This document shows positions 1 to 13,900 of a DNA stretch of 64,000 nucleotides, in pieces. Under the pieces are notes generated by a model. It worked only from the letters and a program-made list of their open reading frames with translations. It was not told the origin of the DNA and did no database searches. This DNA comes from Auanema rhodensis (Eukaryota; Animalia; Nematoda). The stretch lies in assembly GCA_964057225.1 (NCBI GenBank), contig OZ059895.1, positions 23,976,025 to 24,040,024 on the forward strand. Direction: 5' to 3'. The first letter of the stretch is position 1. Every line of letters begins with the position of its first letter. A program made the translations under genes and the position numbers.

Positions 1-3000
1 CTTTAATTTATGCTAATTAAATGTACACGTGATGTGCACTTGGTATGTAACTCGCTTCACGTAAAAGATAAAGAGATGCGGTTTTCAAAATTAGATTCCC
101 CATGTCCATATTAGTCTAAAAACAAATGTTTATTGATATTGGTGCATGGTAACCATGACTTTGAATTTTACGTGAACTTTAATTTATGCTAATTAAATGT
201 ACACGTGATGTGCACTTGGTATGTAACTCGCTTCACGTAAAAGATAAAGAGATGCGGTTTTCAAAATTAGATTCCCCATGTCCATATTAGTCTAAAAACA
301 AATTTTTATTGATATTGGTTCATGGTAACCATGACTTTGAAATTTACGTGAACTTTAATTTATGCTAATTAAATGTACACGTGATGTGCACTTGGTATGT
401 AACTCGCTTCACGTAAAAGATAAAGAGATGCGGTTTTCAAAATTAGATTCCCCATGTCCATATTAGTCTAAAAACAAATGTTTATTGATATTGGTGCATG
501 GTAACCATGACTTTGAATTTTACGTGAACTTTAATTTATGCTAATTAAATGTACACGTGATGTGCACTTGGTATGTAACTCGCTTCACGTAAAAGATAAA
601 GAGATGCGGTTTTCAAAATTAGATTCCCCATGTCCATATTAGTCTAAAAACAAATTTTTATTGATATTGGTGCATGGTAACTATGACTTTGAAATTTACG
701 TGAACTTTAATTTATGCTAATTAAATGTACACGTGATGTGCACTTGGTATGTAACTCGCTTCACGTGAAAGATAAAGAGATGCGGTTTTCAAAATTAGAT
801 TCCCCATGTCCATATTAGTCTAAAAACAAATTTTTATTGATATTGGTTCATGGTAACCATGACTTTGAAATTTACGTGAACTTTAATTTATGCTAATTAA
901 ATGTACACGTGATGTGCACTTGGTACGTAACTCGCTTCACGTGAAAGATGAAGAGATGCGGTTCTCAAAATTAGATTCCCCATGTCCATATTAGTCTAAA
1001 AACAAATTTTTATTGATATTGGTGCATGGTAACTATGACTTTGAAATTTACGTGAACTTTAATTTATGCTAATTAAATGTACACGTGATGTGCACTTGGT
1101 ATGTAACTTGCTTCACGTGAAAGATAAAGAGATGCGGTTTTCAAAATTAGATTCCCCATGTCCATATTAGTCTAAAAACAAATTTTTATTGATATTGGTT
1201 CATGGTAACCATGACTTTGAAATTTACGTGAACTTTAATTTATGCTAATTAAATGTACACGTGATGTGCACTTGGTACGTAACTCGCTTCACGTGAAAGA
1301 TGAAGAGATGCGGTTTTCAAAATTAGATTCACCATGTCCATATTAGTCTAAAAACAAATTTTTATTGATATTGGTGCATGGTAACCATGACTTTGAAATT
1401 TACGTGAACTTTAATTTATGCTAATTAAATGTACACGTGATGTGCACTTGGTATGTAACTCGCTTCACGTGAAAGATAAAGAGATGCGGTTTTCAAAATT
1501 AGATTCCCCATGTCCATATTAGTCTAAAAACAAACTTTTATTGATATTGGTTCATGGTAACCATGACTTTGAAATTTACGTGAACTTTAATTTATGCTAA
1601 TTAAATGTACACGTGATGTGCACTTGGTATGTAACTCGCTTCACGTGAAAGATAAAGAGATGCGGTTTTCAAAATTAGATTCCCCATGTCCATATTAGTC
1701 TAAAAACAAATTTTTATTGATATTGGTTCATGGTAACCATGACTTTGAAATTTACGTGAACTTTAATTTATGCTAATTAAATGTACACGTGATGTGCACT
1801 TGGTATGTAACTCGCTTCACGTAAAAGATAAAGAGATGCGGTTTTCAAAATTAGATTCCCCATGTCCATATTAGTCTAAAAACAAATTTTTATTGATATT
1901 GGTGCATGGTAACCATGACTTTGAATTTTACGTGAACTTTAATTTATGCTAATTAAATGTACACGTGATGTGCACTTGGTATGTAACTCGCTTCACGTGA
2001 AAGATAAAGAGATGCGGTTTTCAAAATCAGATTCCCCATGTCCATATTAGTCTAAAAACAAATTTTTATTGATATTGGTTCATGGTAACCATGACTTTGA
2101 AATTTACGTGAACTTTAATTTATGCTAATTAAATGTACACGTGATGTGCACTTGGTATGTAACTCGCTTCACGTAAAAGATAAAGAGATGCGGTTTTCAA
2201 AATTAGATTCCCCATGTCCATATTAGTCTAAAAACAAATTTTTATTGATATTGGTGCATGGTAACCATGACTTTGAAATTTACGTGAACTTTAATTTATG
2301 CTAATTAAATGTACACGTGATGTGCACTTGGTATGTAACTCGCTTCACGTGAAAGATAAAGAGATGCGGTTTTCAAAATTAGATTCCCCATGTCCATATT
2401 AGTCTAAAAACAAACTTTTATTGATATTGGTTCATGGTAACCATGACTTTGAAATTTACGTGAACTTTAATTTATGCTAATTAAATGTACACGTGATGTG
2501 CACTTGGTATGTAACTCGCTTCACGTGAAAGATAAAGAGATGCGGTTTTCAAAATTAGATTCCCCATGTCCATATTAGTCTAAAAACAAATTTTTATTGA
2601 TATTGGTTCATGGTAACCATGACTTTGAAATTTACGTGAACTTTAATTTATGCTAATTAAATGTACACGTGATGTGCACTTGGTACGTAACTCGCTTCAC
2701 GTGAAAGATGAAGAGATGCGGTTTTCAAAATTAGATTCCCCATGTCCATATTAGTCTAAAAACAAATTTTTATTGATATTGCTTCATGGTAACTATGACT
2801 TTGAAATTTACGTGAACTTTAATTTATGCTAATTAAATGTACACGTGATGTGCACTTGGTATGTAACTCGCTTCACGTAAAAGATAAAGAGATGCGGTTT
2901 TCAAAATTAGATTCCCCATGTCCATATTAGTCTAAAAACAAATGTTTATTGATATTGGTGCATGGTAACCATGACTTTGAATTTTACGTGAACTTTAATT

Positions 3001-4900
3001 TATGCTAATTAAATGTACACGTGATGTGCACTTGGTATGTAACTCGCTTCACGTAAAAGATAAAGAGATGCGGTTTTCAAAATTAGATTCCCCATGTCCA
3101 TATTAGTCTAAAAACAAATTTTTATTGATATTGGTTCATGGTAACCATGACTTTGAAATTTACGTGAACTTTAATTTATGCTAATTAAATGTACACGTGA
3201 TGTGCACTTGGTATGTAACTCGCTTCACGTAAAAGATAAAGAGATGCGGTTTTCAAAATTAGATTCCCCATGTCCATATTAGTCTAAAAACAAATGTTTA
3301 TTGATATTGGTGCATGGTAACCATGACTTTGAATTTTACGTGAACTTTAATTTATGCTAATTAAATGTACACGTGATGTGCACTTGGTATGTAACTCGCT
3401 TCACGTAAAAGATAAAGAGATGCGGTTTTCAAAATTAGATTCCCCATGTCCATATTAGTCTAAAAACAAATTTTTATTGATATTGGTGCATGGTAACTAT
3501 GACTTTGAAATTTACGTGAACTTTAATTTATGCTAATTAAATGTACACGTGATGTGCACTTGGTATGTAACTTGCTTCACGTGAAAGATAAAGAGATGCG
3601 GTTTTCAAAATTAGATTCCCCATGTCCATATTAGTCTAAAAACAAATTTTTATTGATATTGGTTCATGGTAACCATGACTTTGAAATTTACGTGAACTTT
3701 AATTTATGCTAATTAAATGTACACGTGATGTGCACTTGGTACGTAACTCGCTTCACGTGAAAGATGAAGAGATGCGGTTCTCAAAATTAGATTCCCCATG
3801 TCCATATTAGTCTAAAAACAAATTTTTATTGATATTGGTGCATGGTAACTATGACTTTGAAATTTACGTGAACTTTAATTTATGCTAATTAAATGTACAC
3901 GTGATGTGCACTTGGTATGTAACTTGCTTCACGTGAAAGATAAAGAGATGCGGTTTTCAAAATTAGATTCCCCATGTCCATATTAGTCTAAAAACAAATT
4001 TTTATTGATATTGGTTCATGGTAACCATGACTTTGAAATTTACGTGAACTTTAATTTATGCTAATTAAATGTACACGTGATGTGCACTTGGTACGTAACT
4101 CGCTTCACGTGAAAGATGAAGAGATGCGGTTTTCAAAATTAGATTCACCATGTCCATATTAGTCTAAAAACAAATTTTTATTGATATTGGTGCATGGTAA
4201 CCATGACTTTGAAATTTACGTGAACTTTAATTTATGCTAATTAAATGTACACGTGATGTGCACTTGGTATGTAACTCGCTTCACGTGAAAGATAAAGAGA
4301 TGCGGTTTTCAAAATTAGATTCCCCATGTCCATATTAGTCTAAAAACAAACTTTTATTGATATTGGTTCATGGTAACCATGACTTTGAAATTTACGTGAA
4401 CTTTAATTTATGCTAATTAAATGTACACGTGATGTGCACTTGGTATGTAACTCGCTTCACGTGAAAGATAAAGAGATGCGGTTTTCAAAATTAGATTCCC
4501 CATGTCCATATTAGTCTAAAAACAAATTTTTATTGATATTGGTTCATGGTAACCATGACTTTGAAATTTACGTGAACTTTAATTTATGCTAATTAAATGT
4601 ACACGTGATGTGCACTTGGTATGTAACTCGCTTCACGTAAAAGATAAAGAGATGCGGTTTTCAAAATTAGATTCCCCATGTCCATATTAGTCTAAAAACA
4701 AATTTTTATTGATATTGGTGCATGGTAACCATGACTTTGAATTTTACGTGAACTTTAATTTATGCTAATTAAATGTACACGTGATGTGCACTTGGTATGT
4801 AACTCGCTTCACGTGAAAGATAAAGAGATGCGGTTTTCAAAATCAGATTCCCCATGTCCATATTAGTCTAAAAACAAATTTTTATTGATATTGGTTCATG
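1..4900. repeat. 16-monomer (2816-bp) higher-order duplication within the satellite
   Basis: Rare variants recur exactly 2816 bp apart: GTTCTC at 961 and 3777, TTCACCA near 1330 and 4146, and the AAATGTTT pair near 127/479 and 2943/3295. Boundaries are approximate. Confidence 0.8.
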
Positions 4901-7900
4901 GTAACCATGACTTTGAATTTTACGTGAACTTTAATTTATGCTAATTAAATGTACACGTGATGTGCACTTGGTATGTAACTCGCTTCACGTGAAAGATAAA
5001 GAGATGCGGTTTTCAAAATTAGAATCCCCATGTCCATATTAGTCTAAAAACAAATTTTTATTGATATTGGTGCATGGTAACCATGACTTTGAAATTTACG
5101 TGAACTTTAATTTATGCTAATTAAATGTACACGTGATGTGCACTTGGTATGTAACTCGCTTCACGTGAAAGATAAAGAGATGCGGTTTTCAAAATTAGAT
5201 TCCCCATGTCCATATTAGTCTAAAAACAAATTTTTATTGATATTGGTGCATGGTAACTATGACTTTGAAATTTACGTGAACTTTAATTTATGCTAATTAA
5301 ATGTACACGTGATGTGCACTTGGTATGTAACTTGCTTCACGTGAAAGATAAAGAGATGCGGTTTTTAAAATTAGATTCCCCATGTCCATATTAGTCTAAA
5401 AACAAATTTTTATTGATATTGGTTCATGGTAACCATGACTTTGAAATTTACGTGAACTTTAATTTATGCTAATTAAATGTACACGTGATGTGCACTTGGT
5501 ACGTAACTCGCTTCACGTGAAAGATGAAGAGATGCGGTTTTCAAAATTAGATTCCCCATGTCCATATTAGTCTAAAAACAAATTTTTATTGATATTGGTG
5601 CATGGTAACCATGACTTTGAAATTTACGTGAACTTTAATTTATGCTAATTAAATGTACACGTGATGTGCACTTGGTATGTAACTCGCTTCACGTGAAAGA
5701 TAAAGAGATGCGGTTTTCAAAATTAGATTCCCCATGTCCATATTAGTCTAAAAACAAACTTTTATTGATATTGGTTCATGGTAACCATGACTTTGAAATT
5801 TACGTGAACTTTAATTTATGCTAATTAAATGTACACGTGATGTGCACTTGGTATGTAACTCGCTTCACGTGAAAGATAAAGAGATGCGGTTTTCAAAATT
5901 AGATTCCCCATGTCCATATTAGTCTAAAAACAAATTTTTATTGATATTGGTTCATGGTAACCATGACTTTGAAATTTACGTGAACTTTAATTTATGCTAA
6001 TTAAATGTACACGTGATGTGCACTTGGTATGTAACTCGCTTCACGTAAAAGATAAAGAGATGCGGTTTTCAAAATTAGATTCCCCATGTCCATATTAGTC
6101 TAAAAACAAATTTTTATTGATATTGGTGCATGGTAACCATGACTTTGAATTTTACGTGAACTTTAATTTATGCTAATTAAATGTACACGTGATGTGCACT
6201 TGGTATGTAACTCGCTTCACGTGAAAGATAAAGAGATGCGGTTTTCAAAATCAGATTCCCCATGTCCATATTAGTCTAAAAACAAATTTTTATTGATATT
6301 GGTTCATGGTAACCATGACTTTGAAATTTACGTGAACTTTAATTTATGCTAATTAAATGTACACGTGATGTGCACTTGGTATGTAACTCGCTTCACGTAA
6401 AAGATAAAGAGATGCGGTTTTCAAAATTAGATTCCCCATGTCCATATTAGTCTAAAAACAAATTTTTATTGATATTGGTGCATGGTAACCATGACTTTGA
6501 AATTTACGTGAACTTTAATTTATGCTAATTAAATGTACACGTGATGTGCACTTGGTATGTAACTCGCTTCACGTGAAAGATAAAGAGATGCGGTTTTCAA
6601 AATTAGATTCCCCATGTCCATATTAGTCTAAAAACAAACTTTTATTGATATTGGTTCATGGTAACCATGACTTTGAAATTTACGTGAACTTTAATTTATG
6701 CTAATTAAATGTACACGTGATGTGCACTTGGTATGTAACTCGCTTCACGTGAAAGATAAAGAGATGCGGTTTTCAAAATTAGATTCCCCATGTCCATATT
6801 AGTCTAAAAACAAATTTTTATTGATATTGGTTCATGGTAACCATGACTTTGAAATTTACGTGAACTTTAATTTATGCTAATTAAATGTACACGTGATGTG
6901 CACTTGGTATGTAACTCGCTTCACGTAAAAGATAAAGAGATGCGGTTTTCAAAATTAGATTCCCCATGTCCATATTAGTCTAAAAACAAATTTTTATTGA
7001 TATTGGTGCATGGTAACCATGACTTTGAATTTTACGTGAACTTTAATTTATGCTAATTAAATGTACACGTGATGTGCACTTGGTATGTAACTCGCTTCAC
7101 GTGAAAGATAAAGAGATGCGGTTTTCAAAATCAGATTCCCCATGTCCATATTAGTCTAAAAACAAATTTTTATTGATATTGGTTCATGGTAACCATGACT
7201 TTGAAATTTACGTGAACTTTAATTTATGCTAATTAAATGTACACGTGATGTGCACTTGGTATGTAACTCGCTTCACGTAAAAGATAAAGAGATGCGGTTT
7301 TCAAAATTAGATTCCCCATGTCCATATTAGTCTAAAAACAAATTTTTATTGATATTGGTGCATGGTAACCATGACTTTGAAATTTACGTGAACTTTAATT
7401 TATGCTAATTAAATGTACACGTGATGTGCACTTGGTATGTAACTCGCTTCACGTGAAAGATAAAGAGATGCGGTTTTCAAAATTAGATTCCCCATGTCCA
7501 TATTAGTCTAAAAACAAACTTTTATTGATATTGGTTCATGGTAACCATGACTTTGAAATTTACGTGAACTTTAATTTATGCTAATTAAATGTACACGTGA
7601 TGTGCACTTGGTATGTAACTCGCTTCACGTGAAAGATAAAGAGATGCGGTTTTCAAAATTAGATTCCCCATGTCCATATTAGTCTAAAAACAAATTTTTA
7701 TTGATATTGGTTCATGGTAACCATGACTTTGAAATTTACGTGAACTTTAATTTATGCTAATTAAATGTAAACGTGATGTGCACTTGGTATGTAACTCGCT
7801 TCACGTAAAAGATAAAGAGATGCGGTTTTCAAAATTAGATTCCCCATGTCCATATTAGTCTAAAAACAAATTTTTATTGATATTGGTGCATGGTAACCAT

Positions 7901-10900
7901 GACTTTGAATTTTACGTGAACTTTAATTTATGCTAATTAAATGTACACGTGATGTGCACTTGGTATGTAACTCGCTTCACGTGAAAGATAAAGAGATGCG
8001 GTTTTCAAAATCAGATTCCCCATGTCCATATTAGTCTAAAAACAAATTTTTATTGATATTGGTGCATGGTAACCATGACTTTGAATTTTACGTGAACTTT
8101 AATTTATGCTAATTAAATGTACACGTGATGTGCACTTGGTATGTAACTCGCTTCACGTGAAAGATAAAGAGATGCGGTTTTCAAAATCAGATTCCCCATG
8201 TCCATATTAGTCTAAAAACAAATTTTTATTGATATTGGTTCATGGTAACCATGACTTTGAAATTTACGTGAACTTTAATTTATGCTAATTAAATGTACAC
8301 GTGATGTGCACTTGGTATGTAACTCGCTTCACGTAAAAGATAAAGAGATGCGGTTTTCAAAATTAGATTCCCCATGTCCATATTAGTCTAAAAACAAATT
8401 TTTATTGATATTGGTGCATGGTAACCATGACTTTGAATTTTACTTGAACTTTAATTTATGCTAATTAAATGTACACGTGATGTGCACTTGGTATGTAACT
8501 CGCTTCACGTAAAAGATAAAGAGATGCGGTTTTCAAAATTAGATTCCCCATGTCCATATTAGTCTAAAAACAAATTTTTATTGATATTGGTGCATGGTAA
8601 CCATGACTTTGAAATTTACGTGAACTTTAATTTATGCTAATTAAATGTACACGTGATGTGCACTTGGTATGTAACTCGCTTCACGTAAAAGATAAAGAGA
8701 TGCGGTTTTCAAAATTAGATTCCCCATGTCCATATTAGTCTAAAAACAAATTTTTATTGATATTGGTGCATGGTAACCATGACTTTGAATTTTACGTGAA
8801 CTTTAATTTATGCTAATTAAATGTACACGTGATGTGCACTTGGTATGTAACTCGCTTCACGTAAAAGATAAAGAGATGCGGTTTTCAAAATTAGATTCCC
8901 CATGTCCATATTAGTCTTACGTGAACTTTAATTTATGCTAATTAAATGTACACGTGATGTGCACTTGGTATGTAACTCGCTTCACGTGAAAGATAAAGAG
9001 ATGCGGTTTTCAAAATTAGATTCCCCATGTCCATATTAGTCTAAAAACAAATTTTTATTGATATTGGTGCATGGTAACCATGACTTTGAATTTTACGTGA
9101 ACTTTAATTTATGCTAATTAAATGTACACGTGATGTGCACTTGGTATGTAACTCGCTTCACGTGAAAGATAAAGAGATGCGGTTTTCAAAATTAGATTCC
9201 CCATGTCCATATTAGTCTAAAAACAAATTTTTATTGATATTGCTTCATGGTAACCATGACTTTGAAATTTACGTGAACTTTAATTTATGCTAATTAAATG
9301 TACACGTGATGTGCACTTGGTATGTAACTCGCTTCACGTGAAAGATAAAGAGATGCGGTTTTCAAAATTAGATTCCCCATGTCCATATTAGTCTAAAAAC
9401 AAATTTTTATTGATATTGGTTCATGGTAACCATGACTTTGAAATTTACGTGAACTTTAATTTATGCTAATTAAATGTACACGTGATGTGCACTTGGTATG
9501 TAACTCGCTTCACGTAAAAGATAAAGAGATGCGGTTTTCAAAATTAGATTCCCCATGTCCATATTAGTCTAAAAACAAATTTTTATTGATATTGGTGCAT
9601 GGTAACCATGACTTTGAATTTTACGTGAACTTTAATTTATGCTAATTAAATGTACACGTGATGTGCACTTGGTATGTAACTCGCTTCACGTGAAAGATAA
9701 AGAGATGCGGTTTTCAAAATCAGATTCCCCATGTCCATATTAGTCTAAAAACAAATTTTTATTGATATTGGTTCATGGTAACCATGACTTTGAAATTTAC
9801 GTGAACTTTAATTTATGCTAATTAAATGTACACGTGATGTGCACTTGGTATGTAACTCGCTTCACGTAAAAGATAAAGAGATGCGGTTTTCAAAATTAGA
9901 TTCCCCATGTCCATATTAGTCTAAAAACAAATTTTTATTGATATTGGTGCATGGTAACCATGACTTTGAAATTTACGTGAACTTTAATTTATGCTAATTA
10001 AATGTACACGTGATGTGCACTTGGTATGTAACTCGCTTCACGTGAAAGATAAAGAGATGCGGTTTTCAAAATTAGATTCCCCATGTCCATATTAGTCTAA
10101 AAACAAACTTTTATTGATATTGGTTCATGGTAACCATGACTTTGAAATTTACGTGAACTTTAATTTATGCTAATTAAATGTACACGTGATGTGCACTTGG
10201 TATGTAACTCGCTTCACGTGAAAGATAAAGAGATGCGGTTTTCAAAATTAGATTCCCCATGTCCATATTAGTCTAAAAACAAATTTTTATTGATATTGGT
10301 TCATGGTAACCATGACTTTGAAATTTACGTGAACTTTAATTTATGCTAATTAAATGTAAACGTGATGTGCACTTGGTATGTAACTCGCTTCACGTAAAAG
10401 ATAAAGAGATGCGGTTTTCAAAATTAGATTCCCCATGTCCATATTAGTCTAAAAACAAATTTTTATTGATATTGGTGCATGGTAACCATGACTTTGAATT
10501 TTACGTGAACTTTAATTTATGCTAATTAAATGTACACGTGATGTGCACTTGGTATGTAACTCGCTTCACGTGAAAGATAAAGAGATGCGGTTTTCAAAAT
10601 CAGATTCCCCATGTCCATATTAGTCTAAAAACAAATTTTTATTGATATTGGTGCATGGTAACCATGACTTTGAATTTTACGTGAACTTTAATTTATGCTA
10701 ATTAAATGTACACGTGATGTGCACTTGGTATGTAACTCGCTTCACGTGAAAGATAAAGAGATGCGGTTTTCAAAATCAGATTCCCCATGTCCATATTAGT
10801 CTAAAAACAAATTTTTATTGATATTGGTTCATGGTAACCATGACTTTGAAATTTACGTGAACTTTAATTTATGCTAATTAAATGTACACGTGATGTGCAC

Positions 10901-13900
10901 TTGGTATGTAACTCGCTTCACGTAAAAGATAAAGAGATGCGGTTTTCAAAATTAGATTCCCCATGTCCATATTAGTCTAAAAACAAATTTTTATTGATAT
11001 TGGTGCATGGTAACCATGACTTTGAATTTTACTTGAACTTTAATTTATGCTAATTAAATGTACACGTGATGTGCACTTGGTATGTAACTCGCTTCACGTA
11101 AAAGATAAAGAGATGCGGTTTTCAAAATTAGATTCCCCATGTCCATATTAGTCTAAAAACAAATTTTTATTGATATTGGTGCATGGTAACCATGACTTTG
11201 AAATTTACGTGAACTTTAATTTATGCTAATTAAATGTACACGTGATGTGCACTTGGTATGTAACTCGCTTCACGTAAAAGATAAAGAGATGCGGTTTTCA
11301 AAATTAGATTCCCCATGTCCATATTAGTCTAAAAACAAATTTTTATTGATATTGGTGCATGGTAACCATGACTTTGAATTTTACGTGAACTTTAATTTAT
11401 GCTAATTAAATGTACACGTGATGTGCACTTGGTATGTAACTCGCTTCACGTAAAAGATAAAGAGATGCGGTTTTCAAAATTAGATTCCCCATGTCCATAT
11501 TAGTCTTACGTGAACTTTAATTTATGCTAATTAAATGTACACGTGATGTGCACTTGGTATGTAACTCGCTTCACGTGAAAGATAAAGAGATGCGGTTTTC
11601 AAAATTAGATTCCCCATGTCCATATTAGTCTAAAAACAAATTTTTATTGATATTGGTGCATGGTAACCATGACTTTGAATTTTACGTGAACTTTAATTTA
11701 TGCTAATTAAATGTACACGTGATGTGCACTTGGTATGTAACTCGCTTCACGTGAAAGATAAAGAGATGCGGTTTTCAAAATTAGATTCCCCATGTCCATA
11801 TTAGTCTAAAAACAAATTTTTATTGATATTGCTTCATGGTAACCATGACTTTGAAATTTACGTGAACTTTAATTTATGCTAATTAAATGTACACGTGATG
11901 TGCACTTGGTATGTAACTCGCTTCACGTGAAAGATAAAGAGATGCGGTTTTCAAAATTAGATTCCCCATGTCCATATTAGTCTAAAAACAAATTTTTATT
12001 GATATTGCTTCATGGTAACCATGACTTTGAAATTTACGTGAACTTTAATTTATGCTAATTAAATGTACACGTGATGTGCACTTGGTATGTAACTCGCTTC
12101 ACGTGAAAGATAAAGAGATGCGGTTTTCAAAATTAGATTCCCCATGTCCATATTAGTCTAAAAACAAATTTTTATTGATATTGCTTCATGGTAACCATGA
12201 CTTTGAAATTTACGTGAACTTTAATTTATGCTAATTAAATGTACACGTGATGTGCACTTGGTATGTAACTCGCTTCACGTGAAAGATAAAGAAATGCGGT
12301 TTTCAAAATTAGATTCCCCATGTCCATATTAGTCTAAAAACAAATTTTTATTGATATTGGTGCATGGTAACCATGACTTTGAATTTTACGTGAACTTTAA
12401 TTTATGCTAATTAAATGTACACGTGATGTGCACTTGGTATGTAACTCGCTTCACGTAAAAGATAAAGAGATGCGGTTTTCAAAATTAGATTCCCCATGTC
12501 CATATTAGTCTAAAAACAAATTTTTATTGATATTGGTGCATGGTAACCATGACTTTGAATTTTACGTGAACTTTAATTTATGCTAATTAAATGTACACGT
12601 GATGTGCACTTGGTATGTAACTCGCTTCACGTGAAAGATAAAGAGATGCGGTTTTCAAAATCAGATTCCCCATGTCCATATTAGTCTAAAAACAAATTTT
12701 TATTGATATTGGTGCATGGTAACCATGACTTTGAATTTTACGTGAACTTTAATTTATGCTAATTAAATGTACACGTGATGTGCACTTGGTATGTAACTCG
12801 CTTCACGTGAAAGATAAAGAGATGCGGTTTTCAAAATCAGATTCCCCATGTCCATATTAGTCTAAAAACAAATTTTTATTGATATTGGTTCATGGTAACC
12901 ATGACTTTGAAATTTACGTGAACTTTAATTTATGCTAATTAAATGTACACGTGATGTGCACTTGGTATGTAACTCGCTTCACGTAAAAGATAAAGAGATG
13001 CGGTTTTCAAAATTAGATTCCCCATGTCCATATTAGTCTAAAAACAAATTTTTATTGATATTGGTGCATGGTAACCATGACTTTGAATTTTACTTGAACT
13101 TTAATTTATGCTAATTAAATGTACACGTGATGTGCACTTGGTATGTAACTCGCTTCACGTAAAAGATAAAGAGATGCGGTTTTCAAAATTAGATTCCCCA
13201 TGTCCATATTAGTCTAAAAACAAATTTTTATTGATATTGGTGCATGGTAACCATGACTTTGAAATTTACGTGAACTTTAATTTATGCTAATTAAATGTAC
13301 ACGTGATGTGCACTTGGTATGTAACTCGCTTCACGTAAAAGATAAAGAGATGCGGTTTTCAAAATTAGATTCCCCATGTCCATATTAGTCTAAAAACAAA
13401 TTTTTATTGATATTGGTGCATGGTAACCATGACTTTGAATTTTACGTGAACTTTAATTTATGCTAATTAAATGTACACGTGATGTGCACTTGGTATGTAA
13501 CTCGCTTCACGTAAAAGATAAAGAGATGCGGTTTTCAAAATTAGATTCCCCATGTCCATATTAGTCTTACGTGAACTTTAATTTATGCTAATTAAATGTA
13601 CACGTGATGTGCACTTGGAATGTAACTCGCTTCACGTAAAAGATAAAGAGATGCGGTTTTCAAAATTAGATTCCCCATGTCCATATTAGTCTAAAAACAA
13701 ATTTTTATTGATATTGGTGCATGGTAACCATGACTTTGAATTTTACGTGAACTTTAATTTATGCTAATTAAATGTACACGTGATGTGCACTTGGTATGTA
13801 ACTCGCTTCACGTGAAAGATAAAGAGATGCGGTTTTCAAAATTAGATTCCCCATGTCCATATTAGTCTAAAAACAAATTTTTATTGATATTGCTTCATGG

